64,000 bases of DNA, taken from the IMG/VR virus record IMGVR_UViG_3300046361_000034, positions 19,006 to 83,005 of that record. The stretch is one strand, 5' to 3'. Shown one piece after another: positions 1 through 10,273 of this stretch; position 1 is the first letter of the stretch; each line of letters begins with the position of its first letter. The notes beneath the pieces were generated by a model. It ran no database searches, was not told the DNA's origin, and worked only from the letters and a program-made list of their open reading frames with translations. Source of the DNA: a virus. The position numbers and the translations under genes were made by a program.

Positions 1-1084
1 AGCAGAAGATAAACTAGATAAAGACCTTCTATTATCTAGTTTTAAAGCAACTAAATTAGATGATAAAGGTAATTTACTAAATGATGCTAATGAAGTAGTT
101 TTAAATGCTACTAAAGTTAAAGCATTTTTAGATAATAATACTTTACCTTTAGATGATAAAGGTAATGTAATTAATGATAAGGGAGAAATTATTAAAACTA
201 AAGAACAAGTTTTAAAAGAAAACTCTGTTGTAGATTACGTACGAAATGCTATTGAAACAAATACTGGTCTTACATTACCTGCTGATTTAGAATTACCAGA
301 TGATGAAACAGGTATTGTTACAATAGTTACTGAATTACTTAAAAGTCAACGACAAACACTTATTCCTAATTTTTTAGATGCTAATCCCGAACTTAAAGGA
401 TTTGCTGAGCATTTAATGTTAGGAGGTACTGCTGAAAATTATTCTAGTTCTAATATAGATTATAAGGCTATTAAGCTAAAAGATTTAGATGATACATCTA
501 AGTTAGGTCTAGTTAGAAAATCTTTTGAAATTCAAGGTAGTCCAAATAGTGAAATGTTACTTGACTTAATCAAAACTGGTGGTGATGATAAAATAAATCA
601 AGCTACTGCTGATGCTATTAAATTTCTTGATGCTAAACAATCCGAAAATAATTCCTTACGTTCTCAACAAGTCGCACAAGCACAAAAAGTAGAGGAACAA
701 CGTGCTGAAATATATTGGGGTAAAGTTCAAGATATAGTTACAAAATCTGGTAAAGTTGGTAATATTGTTATTCCTGTTGTAGATAGAGAAAAATTCTTTG
801 ATTACTTATCTCATCCTATTGATGAGGAATATAATACTGCTGACTATATCAATTCTACTAAAGATTCTGTTGAGTTTAATCTATTAGTTTCATACTTACG
901 CTATAAAGGCGGTGATGTAGGAAAATTAGCTGCATTAGTTGCTCAACAACAACACGTTGAAAATTTACGTTCTCGATTTGATACTCTTAGAGGTCTTACA
1001 AATGGTAACGGTGTACCGCAAACAAGTAATACTAAAGCTAATTCTAAAGGTACTAATTTATCTTTAGAGAATTTAATGGGTTAA
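1..1084 (+). CDS. 5'-truncated conserved crAss-like protein directly upstream of the major capsid gene (putative scaffold/assembly protein)
   Basis: The frame of the listed 416..1084 ORF is open back to position 2 (AEDKLDKDLLLSSFKATKLDDKG...), so the true start lies outside the window. Acidic, helical sequence in the usual portal-to-MCP position. Confidence 0.6.
   Translation, partial: AEDKLDKDLLLSSFKATKLDDKGNLLNDANEVVLNATKVKAFLDNNTLPLDDKGNVINDKGEIIKTKEQVLKENSVVDYVRNAIETNTGLTLPADLELPDDETGIVTIVTELLKSQRQTLIPNFLDANPELKGFAEHLMLGGTAENYSSSNIDYKAIKLKDLDDTSKLGLVRKSFEIQGSPNSEMLLDLIKTGGDDKINQATADAIKFLDAKQSENNSLRSQQVAQAQKVEEQRAEIYWGKVQDIVTKSGKVGNIVIPVVDREKFFDYLSHPIDEEYNTADYINSTKDSVEFNLLVSYLRYKGGDVGKLAALVAQQQHVENLRSRFDTLRGLTNGNGVPQTSNTKANSKGTNLSLENLMG
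890..1030. other. CpG-rich, ~10-11 bp phased DNA patch A (candidate gyrase-type site)
   Basis: About 7 CpG in ~130 bp in a CpG-poor genome; GC clusters near 910, 920, 931, 942, 954. See findings. Confidence 0.3.
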
Positions 1085-1132
1085 AATCAACTAATATTAA
1101 TTTAATTACTAATCAATTTAATCTTAAACATT

Positions 1133-2644
1133 ATGGTAGGTACACCTAACAGCTCTTTTGCACTTCAAAATGGTAATTATGCTAGAATAGTGCAACATGA
1201 ATCTTTTGGAGATGAAGGATATACTAATAATCTTTCTCTTGCTAAAGCTCGTATGACTAATCCTGATAGTCTTAATCCAGTAATTACTCATTTAATGGGT
1301 AATGAATCTAAAAAGTTTCCTTTACTTTATCTTACTGAAGGACAAGTTGGAGGAAATAAGTTTGTTGAAATACAAGATGTTGAGTATGATTGGCCTGTAT
1401 TTGGTAGACTTCGTCGTACTGATGCTGTTGCAGGACATGATTATGCTCCTACAGATAAACCAGGATATGGTGGTCAAGACGTTTATGTTATCTTTAAAAC
1501 TCGTTGGTTAAAATATCAACATAATATTGTATCTCCTAATGGTGTATGGGCACGTATTGTATCACAACCTGAAAAAGTATCTACTGGTTTTAAATATAAA
1601 CTTGACCTTATTAGACAAAATAATGTTACATCTGTACCATTATCTGAATTAAAAACAGGAACTCTTTGGGCAATGTCTGCTGGAGCTAACGTTTCTGAAT
1701 CTTATTCTACTGGTAATGAAAGTAATAAACAATTTCCTGGAAAACTTAAAAACCAAATTGGTATTTTAAGAAAATCTTATGAAATTGGTGGTAATGTTTC
1801 TAATAGAATGACTACATTTCATTTCTCTGTTAATGGTAAAGAAGAGAATTATTATTTACCATTTGAAGAATGGCAACATGAGATGACATTCAAGCAAGAT
1901 TGTGAGGAGTCTTTATGGGAATCTAAATATAATAGAGATGCTCAAGGAAATATTATGAATATTGATCCAGATACTCAACTTCCTATTCCTTATGGTGCTG
2001 GTGTTAAAGATCAAATTCCTAATAGAGATTCTTATGGTGTTCTTACACTAAAGAAACTTAAAATGGTAATTAGTGAAGTTATGTATGGTGCTACTGATTC
2101 TGATAAAATGAATGTAGTTTTATTTACAGGACTTGGTGGTAAAGAAGAATTTTCTAATGCTATTATGAATGAGGCTAGTGGATGGTCTTTATTTCAAGGT
2201 GCTTTAAATAATACTATTACTGGTTCTCCAATGGGATTAGTATTTGGTAATGCATTTACACAATATCGTCATATTGATGGTCATATGGTAACTGTATCTC
2301 ATTTACCTTATCTTGATTTTGGTGGTACTGCACAAAATGCCCCTACTCACCCTATTAGTGGTAAACCAATGACTTCTTATGAAATGCACTTTGTTGATAT
2401 GTCTGTATATGATGGTGTAAATAACCTTCAATTAGTAACTCAAAAAGGTCGTTCTCTTATTAGAGGTATTGAACAAGGTATGACTTTGTTAAAAGGTCTT
2501 AACTATGGTGATTATTCTGGTAACACTATGGATATTAAATTGTCTACTTCTCAAGATAAAACAAGTATTCATTACATGAAAACTCTTGGTGTAGCTATTC
2601 GTAGAAATACACATTGTTTCTCTTTATATTGTACTGCTAGTTAA
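1133..2644 (+). CDS. Major capsid protein (HK97 fold, crAss-like)
   Basis: 503 aa with crAss-type MCP features (FPLLYLTEG, NQIGILRKSY, LFTGLGG, FTQYRHIDGH); followed by a strong terminator; synteny. Confidence 0.88.
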   Translation: MVGTPNSSFALQNGNYARIVQHESFGDEGYTNNLSLAKARMTNPDSLNPVITHLMGNESKKFPLLYLTEGQVGGNKFVEIQDVEYDWPVFGRLRRTDAVAGHDYAPTDKPGYGGQDVYVIFKTRWLKYQHNIVSPNGVWARIVSQPEKVSTGFKYKLDLIRQNNVTSVPLSELKTGTLWAMSAGANVSESYSTGNESNKQFPGKLKNQIGILRKSYEIGGNVSNRMTTFHFSVNGKEENYYLPFEEWQHEMTFKQDCEESLWESKYNRDAQGNIMNIDPDTQLPIPYGAGVKDQIPNRDSYGVLTLKKLKMVISEVMYGATDSDKMNVVLFTGLGGKEEFSNAIMNEASGWSLFQGALNNTITGSPMGLVFGNAFTQYRHIDGHMVTVSHLPYLDFGGTAQNAPTHPISGKPMTSYEMHFVDMSVYDGVNNLQLVTQKGRSLIRGIEQGMTLLKGLNYGDYSGNTMDIKLSTSQDKTSIHYMKTLGVAIRRNTHCFSLYCTAS

Positions 2645-2661
2645 TATAAAGAAACTTATTT

Positions 2662-2696
2662 AGAAAGACTACTTATTATAAGTAGTCTTTCTTTTT
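2662..2696 (+). terminator. Rho-independent terminator after the MCP gene
   Basis: Perfect 14-bp stem agaaagactactta / taagtagtctttct followed by a T-run. Confidence 0.85.
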
Positions 2697-2743
2697 ATTC
2701 TAACTGAAAAATTAATTATTCTTAATAAATATATTTATATAAT

Positions 2744-3868
2744 ATGGACACACTTAAAGATAATAGTACTCCTGATATTACAGGTACAACTAACGCTACT
2801 CCTATTCCTTCAACTCCACCAACATCTGATACTACTCTCATTGCTTCTACCCCATCTACAACTCCTGATGAATCTAAACATCAATGTTCCGTAGTTTGTT
2901 CTATTCGTCGTAAACCTAATAATACTGCATTACCTGGACAAGACCCTGCTGAAAGGACTTATAAAGTAGGAGCATCTTTAGATTTAAAAACTAGAGCTAA
3001 TCTTAAAGGAGTAACTGGGGATTTAGAAATGTTATTTATGCCTTCTTTAATTGGTATTAGTGATAATGACCCTTTGTTTAGAAGAAATGTAGATGATTAT
3101 TGGGCAAGTATTAGTAGACCTGTTCCACATGATGAAGTCTTTCTTAAAGACCATGAAAAAGGAATTGCTATTAATATTAAACTTACTGTTTTAGGTAAAG
3201 CAAGAAAAGAACGACTTGATTCTATTATAGGTATTGAAGATAAAGTTGCAAAAGTAAATGAATTAATTCAATTAGGTATAACTAAATCTACTAGAGAAAA
3301 TCCTGTAGTATATGTTAAAGTTGATGATGAAAGTGTTTCGGATTACTTACTTTTAAATTACTGTTTAAGATATTCTAAAGTAGCTAATAAATTTGAAGAT
3401 ATTGATAAATCTCCTAAAATAGACTTTTATATCTTCGAGAAAGCTGCATCTGTTAAAGCTCAACTTAATAAAATTGAACTTAGAAATACAGCTGTTGCAC
3501 TTATGCAAGACTTGGCTACTAATAGTAGAAGAATTGATGCAGTATTACTTATGTTCAGTCTTAATCCTAAAGACTTTGATACTGATACTGATAAATTACT
3601 TAAAATTGATGAACTTGCTTTCTCTGAGCCTGTTGAAAATATGGTTAACTTTGTTAACTATGCTAAAGATGAACAATGGGAAGATAAGTATTTAGTTTAT
3701 CAAGCAGTAAGATTAAATAAAGTTAGAAATGCTCCTAATACAACTTCATATTATTTTAATGATGACTTATTAGGATTAACTCTTTCTGATGCAGTTAACT
3801 TCTTAAACAATGAAGAAAAAGGTAAAAAATATAAAGAAACTTTATTAAGAGAAATACAACTTAAATAA
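2744..3868 (+). CDS. Conserved crAss-like protein downstream of MCP (gene-75-like), Thr/Pro-rich N-terminus
   Basis: 374-aa ORF in the conserved position; motifs DDYWASI and YCLRYSKVAN...KSPKIDFYIF. Confidence 0.6.
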   Translation: MDTLKDNSTPDITGTTNATPIPSTPPTSDTTLIASTPSTTPDESKHQCSVVCSIRRKPNNTALPGQDPAERTYKVGASLDLKTRANLKGVTGDLEMLFMPSLIGISDNDPLFRRNVDDYWASISRPVPHDEVFLKDHEKGIAINIKLTVLGKARKERLDSIIGIEDKVAKVNELIQLGITKSTRENPVVYVKVDDESVSDYLLLNYCLRYSKVANKFEDIDKSPKIDFYIFEKAASVKAQLNKIELRNTAVALMQDLATNSRRIDAVLLMFSLNPKDFDTDTDKLLKIDELAFSEPVENMVNFVNYAKDEQWEDKYLVYQAVRLNKVRNAPNTTSYYFNDDLLGLTLSDAVNFLNNEEKGKKYKETLLREIQLK

Positions 3869-4905
3869 TGACTACACAAGAGTTACATATTGCAATAGAT
3901 ATATTATTACAAAAGTCTAGTAGTAATTGGAATAAAAACTTCCTACCTCAAGAACTAGATTTTTTTCTTAATAGAGAAATTACTAAATTTATTAAAACTA
4001 GATTTAATCCTCGTTCTAATACTAAACAACTTGGTTCTTTTGATACTATAAAAAGAGTTCAAGACACTAATGTACTATACAATACTGTATCTCTACCAAT
4101 TTTAAGTCTTAATCAAAAGGAAGTTTATATCAAACTTCCTTTTGATTTTTTAGATTATATTAGTAGTGAAATAGATCTTATTCCTAATTGTAATCCTTCT
4201 TTAGTTCCTGACTCTCAAATAAGTTATAATTATAAAACTGTAACAATTCCTAATTTTATTAGTGCTAGTACATTAATTATTAGTACTGTTATAAATGGTC
4301 TTACTACTGTTCTTTTTGATTTAACTTCTTTACCTAATGAGTATTTTCCTCAAGATAGTATACAAGACTACCGAAAAGAATTTATATATAGTAATGCTAT
4401 TATAGGAGAGATTACAAGAAAGCTTCCAAAAGATTTAGAATTTAGATATAATAAATTAACTAAGAAGTTAGAGTTTAGAAGTACTAAATTATTCCTAATT
4501 AATGTTATTAGAAATGGTGTAGTTATTACCACTACTGATACTATTGAAGTAGATTTATATAAATTAATTACTACAACTTTAACATCTCCTGTTAGAATAG
4601 TTGATGAAGAATTTAAAAGTGATATTAATAATTCTTATTTATCTAAAAGTAAAGATGAAAATGTTGTAGCTTATCTTCGTGATGATGGTATCATTTTTCC
4701 GAAAGTTAAAAATGTGGTAATGAAAACCGTAAATTTAACATATAAAGTGAAACCATTAAAAATAGATTTACTTTTAGGATATAATTCTGAATTACCTGAT
4801 ACTGTATTAGAAGAAATTGTAGGAAATGTAGCTGAATCTATTAAAGCTGTAATTGCTTCTGATACTTATGAGAAATTTAAACAAGATAATTTATTAACTG
4901 AATAA
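3868..4905 (+). CDS. Putative tail ring / head-tail connector protein (crAss gene-74-like)
   Basis: N-terminus MTTQELH...FLPQELDFFLN and C-terminal SELPDTVLEEIV..VAE are typical of crAss ring proteins; TAATG coupling to the upstream gene. Confidence 0.6.
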   Translation: MTTQELHIAIDILLQKSSSNWNKNFLPQELDFFLNREITKFIKTRFNPRSNTKQLGSFDTIKRVQDTNVLYNTVSLPILSLNQKEVYIKLPFDFLDYISSEIDLIPNCNPSLVPDSQISYNYKTVTIPNFISASTLIISTVINGLTTVLFDLTSLPNEYFPQDSIQDYRKEFIYSNAIIGEITRKLPKDLEFRYNKLTKKLEFRSTKLFLINVIRNGVVITTTDTIEVDLYKLITTTLTSPVRIVDEEFKSDINNSYLSKSKDENVVAYLRDDGIIFPKVKNVVMKTVNLTYKVKPLKIDLLLGYNSELPDTVLEEIVGNVAESIKAVIASDTYEKFKQDNLLTE

Positions 4906-4915
4906 TTTAAATAAT

Positions 4916-5902
4916 ATGGAAAATTTACTAGTAGTAAAACAAATTGGTGCTATTGCAACTATTGCATCTATTGCCGAATTAGATGACATGATTGTTGGTG
5001 ATTTAATTGCTGTTGGGGATGGAAGAGAAATTATTGGAGTAGGTTCTGCTGCTGCTGATTTAACCTCTCTTAAAGAAATTAAATTTATTACTAAACTTGC
5101 TGATGGTAAGTTTAGAGTTTCTGCTCCTATTAATCGTTTTAATATTACTTCTTATAGTGAGCAATTATATTCTGCACCACAGAATAAGGTTGTTCGTATT
5201 GGTGGTATTACTGCATTATTGACTCTTAATATTCCTTCTACAGGCGAAGGTAATATTACAGTAAGAAATCTTAGTTATGATCATACTATTGCTACACAAC
5301 GTATTAATGCATCTGTAACAAAAAATGCTAATGAAACTCCAGAAGCTTATGTAGATAGAGTAATAGCACAATTAAATACAGCTATGACTAATACTGGAAA
5401 TGTATTTGCTACTGCTGCTAAAGTAATTGATGGTACTAATACTTTCTTAGGTATTACTTTTACTTGTGCAAATGAGCACGTAGATTTAGCTTTATCTTTA
5501 GATGGAATATTTGCTGGTGTTGTTCCAGTAACAACTACTGAAGCTAAATGTGGATTAGGTAAAGGAACTGATATTCTTGCTATGGAAAAAGACTATACTA
5601 AAAATCTTGGAAATAGTGGTTATGTAGAATTACCTGATTTATGGTATTCTGCTCCTAATCAAGTTGATAGTGCATTAAACTTTAATGTTATTACTCTTGG
5701 GTGGGATGGAATTGCGTCTACGGCTACTACTAATCGTCAAGTAGCTAGAAATACTATGACTTTTGCTGCTCCTACTGCAAGTACATTTGCAACTATTACT
5801 GCATTTTTTCAATTAATTCTTGGAAATACATATGCAATGGTAGGAGGGGCTGAACCTGGTGATGAGCCTGATACTAATGCCATAGATAATGCTGTATCTT
5901 AA
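4916..5902 (+). CDS. Putative auxiliary capsid (decoration) protein
   Basis: 328 aa, Ala/Thr/Gly-rich; G-x-G-x-D-I...EK motif; size and position match crAss auxiliary capsid proteins; followed by a terminator. Confidence 0.55.
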   Translation: MENLLVVKQIGAIATIASIAELDDMIVGDLIAVGDGREIIGVGSAAADLTSLKEIKFITKLADGKFRVSAPINRFNITSYSEQLYSAPQNKVVRIGGITALLTLNIPSTGEGNITVRNLSYDHTIATQRINASVTKNANETPEAYVDRVIAQLNTAMTNTGNVFATAAKVIDGTNTFLGITFTCANEHVDLALSLDGIFAGVVPVTTTEAKCGLGKGTDILAMEKDYTKNLGNSGYVELPDLWYSAPNQVDSALNFNVITLGWDGIASTATTNRQVARNTMTFAAPTASTFATITAFFQLILGNTYAMVGGAEPGDEPDTNAIDNAVS

Positions 5903-5923
5903 AGTCTTTTTACTTATGATTTT

Positions 5924-5962
5924 AAACCTACTAATACTAACTAAGTGTTAGTAGGTTTTTTA
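5924..5962 (+). terminator. Rho-independent terminator
   Basis: 15-bp stem aaacctactaatact / agtgttagtaggttt (one G-U pair) plus T-run. Confidence 0.8.
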
Positions 5963-5981
5963 TTTAACACCTAATGTACTT

Positions 5982-7109
5982 ATGATAACAATTCAAAATA
6001 ATATATTCCTATTAAAAAGATTTAAAGATGATTTTGTTCTTTATAATAGAACTATTAATCTAACTACTTATACTTTATCTTCTATAGATTGTACTGGTAT
6101 TGCTAAAACAATAGTAACTGCTACTTTAGTAGGAATTAATGATGTAGATTATATTACTAAAGGTAATATAGTTTTACCTATTCTTACTGATGGAAATTAT
6201 AGAGTATTTATGGGTGGCGTTAATGTATATTTTTCCTCTTGGAAAAATTATAGAACTAGACTTATTCCTTTAATAGAGAAAACTTTATGTTCAAAATGTA
6301 ATGATTGTGGTAATTGTAATGATTCTGATGAAAATTGTATTAGTAAAGAAGCTAAAGTTTGTTTAAGAAATCAAAGTCTTTTTAATTATATTCAAGTATA
6401 TAATAATTTAATTAAACCTTTTACTTTTAATGCTCCTACTAAATTTAATACTTTTTTAGATAATTTTAATTCAGAAGCTATTTATAATAACATTTGTTTT
6501 ATTAAAGAAGAATTATGTAAACAATTATTAGAAACTGATATTGATGGAAAAACTCACACAAATCAAGATTTATTTAATTATTTTATATCTATATACTATT
6601 TAGGTTTATATTTATATGATAAGAGTTTTATTCCTACTTCAATTTTTACAAATGATGAAGTAATTGAAGAACTAGAATATCTTAAAACTATTTATAAATA
6701 CGATACTATTAAAAAATGTATTCTTAATTTAGGAATAAATGTTGATTCTCTTATAGAAATAATTACTTCTACTGAAAATTTAGAAGTTTATTATTGGCAA
6801 GATAATAATATTGAAAATACTATAACAGAAATATATCCTTTAATTACTCAAGCTTACTTAAATGGTAAAAGTGTTAAACCATTTAATGAGTTTAATCAAG
6901 GTGTTTCTATTGTATTATCTAATATTGGTAGAATAGCTTTTGTAATAAAAGCTACACCATTAACTAATTTCATAATTGAGGACTCTTTAGGTAATAATAT
7001 AACTCATGAATTTGATGTAGACTATGTTACCTTATTATCTGCTGCTGTATTTGTAACTAAAGAATATCATTCTTATGGAACTGTAAACTTTAAATTTAAA
7101 ATCTTATAA
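5982..7109 (+). CDS. Putative tail hub/collar protein with a Cys-rich cluster
   Basis: 375 aa containing CSKCNDCGNC...C...C; lies after the auxiliary capsid gene and before the fibre genes. Confidence 0.4.
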   Translation: MITIQNNIFLLKRFKDDFVLYNRTINLTTYTLSSIDCTGIAKTIVTATLVGINDVDYITKGNIVLPILTDGNYRVFMGGVNVYFSSWKNYRTRLIPLIEKTLCSKCNDCGNCNDSDENCISKEAKVCLRNQSLFNYIQVYNNLIKPFTFNAPTKFNTFLDNFNSEAIYNNICFIKEELCKQLLETDIDGKTHTNQDLFNYFISIYYLGLYLYDKSFIPTSIFTNDEVIEELEYLKTIYKYDTIKKCILNLGINVDSLIEIITSTENLEVYYWQDNNIENTITEIYPLITQAYLNGKSVKPFNEFNQGVSIVLSNIGRIAFVIKATPLTNFIIEDSLGNNITHEFDVDYVTLLSAAVFVTKEYHSYGTVNFKFKIL

Positions 7110-7111
7110 CA

Positions 7112-9010
7112 ATGGAGAATAGAATAAATGGTTTTAGTGTAACTACTCAATTGCCTTTAGACGATAAAGTGGAAGTAAAAAATATTGCACAGATTTCTAC
7201 ATTAGGTCTTAATAATAATAAAGCTTTTACTTATTATAGAAATATGGTAATACGTTGTTTAGAAGAAGGAGTATCTTATAGATGGCAAGAAATTCTTAAT
7301 AGTGAGCAAGGACTACTTGCTTCTGATTATACTTATCCTGTTGGAAGTATTTGTATGGGTATAGATTATTCTAACAAAGTATATAATTTTGTATTAGTTC
7401 CTCCTATATTAAATATTGTATCTAATAGTTTAATTAGTACTATCGTTGGTGATACTCAAACATTAGAATTACCACAAACATCTTCTGTACCTAGTATATA
7501 TATTAATAATAGTTACTTTCCTACTTATGATGATTGGTTGAAAGCAAATAAACTTGCTAATAATAATATTCCTATTATTGCTTTTGATTATGTAGGAGAA
7601 GGTACTTTAGCTAAACCCTTTACTAATACAATTAGATTTGTTTTAAACTCTCCTTTAACTTTACCAACTATTACTTCTGATAGTGCTATGCAAAATGGTA
7701 TAGCTTATTTTATAGGTTCTGGTACTAGATTACTACCACAAAGAAGTGGACAAAAAATTCAAATACTTTCTAGTATATTTGGTTATACTTATGCTGGAGA
7801 TTTTAGTGTTAGTGATTTAGATTTAGAAATAGGAGGTTATATAATTTCTACTACTATTGGTAAATTAATTGATATGGATAACCCTGCTCATTTTAGTAAT
7901 AGTAATGTAGGGTATATTGCTGCAAAACTTACTATGTTAAAAGATAGTTTATTAGAAATACAAGGAAGTGGTTTTTGGAATAGTGGTAATTCTGTTAATT
8001 CAAGTACTTATATATCTGGTAAAACTCTTTATCTTTTTGGAGAAGGTGAAATTACTAGTTTACAAACTGATATTAATAAATATCTTATTAATAGTGGTAC
8101 TACTTTTTTAAATAATCAAAATGCAGGATTTTTAACTTTTGAAATTACTTGTAGATTAACAGCACCTCAACAAGGTATAGTAAAAAATGAAGGAAAATCT
8201 AAAATAGAGTTTAGAGAAAACGCTTCTATAGGAAGTGGTACATTAACTTCTCCTATTAATCCTTTATTAGAGGCTATTAAAATTACTGGAGGTTGGGTTA
8301 GAGTATTTAATTGTTTAATTTCTGTACAATCTTTTGTAGATGTATTAAATCCTGATAGAGAAAGAGCAATAACATTAGATGCAGCTACTATAGATTTAAT
8401 AGATGGTCCTTTATTTATTGCAAGAAATTGTGAATTTAGGGGTCATGCTAAAAGATTTTTTGATAGAAAAGGTATTGCTGGTCGTCTTGATATAAGTAAT
8501 TGTAATACCGTTTATTTTAGTACTGATTTATTAATAAATGGAGGAGGATTAATAACTTCTACTGGAAATTCTAATATATGGGGAATTAATAGTAATACTG
8601 AGGGAAGTGTAGTATTTAATTCTAATGTATTTGAGGGTTCAGAAATTGATACTGTTAAAATAGACTTAACATTAGGAGGGTATAGAAGTGCTTATAATAT
8701 TATTGGTAGAGATATTATAGAATCTTTAAGAATCTTTCCTGATAAACAGGCTGCTATTATTGCAGGTTTACCTATAGGTGCTGCTTTTATAGTTAGAAGA
8801 GATATTACTAGTAATATTACTTTTGCCTCTTATCCTATAGGTACTGCATTTAGAATTGCTACTCAGTCTAGTCCTATTAGAGATTTTAGTTCTGTAGGCG
8901 CACCTGATAATAATGTTAATACTCTTTTTATTAAGTCTGCAGTAAATTTAGCTGCTTGGAATCCTGCAGATGGTGCTGTTCTTCATTACGAATATCGAGA
9001 TACTATTTAA
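7112..9010 (+). CDS. Putative tail fibre/spike protein (possible beta-helix)
   Basis: 632 aa, G/N/S/I-rich beta-type sequence; G-x-G-T-x-x-K-P-F motif and PLDDK N-terminal adaptor-like motif. Confidence 0.55.
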   Translation: MENRINGFSVTTQLPLDDKVEVKNIAQISTLGLNNNKAFTYYRNMVIRCLEEGVSYRWQEILNSEQGLLASDYTYPVGSICMGIDYSNKVYNFVLVPPILNIVSNSLISTIVGDTQTLELPQTSSVPSIYINNSYFPTYDDWLKANKLANNNIPIIAFDYVGEGTLAKPFTNTIRFVLNSPLTLPTITSDSAMQNGIAYFIGSGTRLLPQRSGQKIQILSSIFGYTYAGDFSVSDLDLEIGGYIISTTIGKLIDMDNPAHFSNSNVGYIAAKLTMLKDSLLEIQGSGFWNSGNSVNSSTYISGKTLYLFGEGEITSLQTDINKYLINSGTTFLNNQNAGFLTFEITCRLTAPQQGIVKNEGKSKIEFRENASIGSGTLTSPINPLLEAIKITGGWVRVFNCLISVQSFVDVLNPDRERAITLDAATIDLIDGPLFIARNCEFRGHAKRFFDRKGIAGRLDISNCNTVYFSTDLLINGGGLITSTGNSNIWGINSNTEGSVVFNSNVFEGSEIDTVKIDLTLGGYRSAYNIIGRDIIESLRIFPDKQAAIIAGLPIGAAFIVRRDITSNITFASYPIGTAFRIATQSSPIRDFSSVGAPDNNVNTLFIKSAVNLAAWNPADGAVLHYEYRDTI

Positions 9011-9033
9011 TTTTTAATCTTTAATTTAAAATT

Positions 9034-10272
9034 ATGAAAAATATATTTAAAATCTTATTGTTGCTTTTTATAGCAACTGCTTCTGCACAAAATCCTATTA
9101 AATTTGACCAAAAATTACAATTTACTAATGTACCTACTTTTAATCCTTTAACCACTACTAAACCTGTAACAAGTTTAAGACAGTTATATATAGATGTACT
9201 TGGTAATGTTATTAATTTACCTTATGGTAGTGGAGGTGGTACATCTACAGTACCTACTATTGCACAAGTTTTAATTTCTGGGAATGTTAGTAATCTTGGT
9301 CAATATATACAACTTAGACCTACTAATAATTTATCGTTTTCTCGTTTAGGAGGGGACTATATTTCAGTAGAAGGAAATGGTGATATACAAGGTGTTTATA
9401 TATCTAAAACAGGAATAGATTTTAGAGGTACTCAATCTTTTGCTTCTACAATAAAATGTACAAATATAACACAAAGTTCTTTTTTAGAATTACCTAATAC
9501 TACTGGTACTCATTCTTTACCTATTTCAGTTAATAATGTTTTTGCAGATATTAATGGTAATATTACAATTGCTGCTAGTGGTGGTACTGTTACTAGTGTT
9601 AGTGGTACAACTAATGTAATTACTGTAGCTACTGGCACAACTACTCCTGTTATTGATATATCTTCAACATATACAACTACTAGAGATGCTTATGCGGATA
9701 CTAAAGTAGCAAATGACTTATCTTCTTCTACTACTGTTGCCCCTAGTAAAAGTGCTGTAAATATTGGATTAGGATTAAAAGCTGATATAAGTGGAAATCT
9801 TTCACAATTTTCTACTACTACATCAAGTGAATTAATAGGAGTATTATCTGATGAAACTGGTACTGGTACTGCCGTATTTAGTACCTCTCCTACTTTATCT
9901 AATCCTATTGTAGGTACACAAACTGTTAATGATAATTCTACTAAAGCCGCTAGTACCGCTTATGTGGACACTACTTATGCTCCTGTTACAGGACTTACAT
10001 TCAATGGTACTAATATATCTTTAGATAAAATAGGAGGAAGATCTTATCTAGCTTATACACAAACTGGTACAATAACTTTTGCTGTATCAGGTACACCAAC
10101 TATATTAGGATTTGCTGTTTTGACTATTACAGCTAATGGTAGCCCAATAAACCCAGTAGGTGCATGGAAAAACATAGGTAATGATACTATTGTAACTACA
10201 AATGGAACAGTTAATAGATTTATATTTACGCAAGTTGATGGAGAAATTTGGTATTCAGTAAAAGTTAATTAA
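9034..10272 (+). CDS. Tail-fibre-like protein with a predicted Sec signal peptide
   Basis: N-terminus MKNIFKILLLLFIATASA|Q; fibre-type motifs GGTVTSV, LSQFSTTTSSELIGVLSDETGTG and DNSTKAASTAYV. Confidence 0.6.
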   Translation: MKNIFKILLLLFIATASAQNPIKFDQKLQFTNVPTFNPLTTTKPVTSLRQLYIDVLGNVINLPYGSGGGTSTVPTIAQVLISGNVSNLGQYIQLRPTNNLSFSRLGGDYISVEGNGDIQGVYISKTGIDFRGTQSFASTIKCTNITQSSFLELPNTTGTHSLPISVNNVFADINGNITIAASGGTVTSVSGTTNVITVATGTTTPVIDISSTYTTTRDAYADTKVANDLSSSTTVAPSKSAVNIGLGLKADISGNLSQFSTTTSSELIGVLSDETGTGTAVFSTSPTLSNPIVGTQTVNDNSTKAASTAYVDTTYAPVTGLTFNGTNISLDKIGGRSYLAYTQTGTITFAVSGTPTILGFAVLTITANGSPINPVGAWKNIGNDTIVTTNGTVNRFIFTQVDGEIWYSVKVN

Positions 10273-10273
10273 T

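Noticed and set aside
1302-1511. Short alternative-frame or antisense ORFs in the track (e.g. 1302, 3474, 13354, 16653, 25693, 28534, 30904, 39105, 44265, 45931, 46085, 51204, 52756, 55696, 57012, 62538)
   Set aside because: They overlap well-supported genes, have shadow-frame composition and show no motifs.
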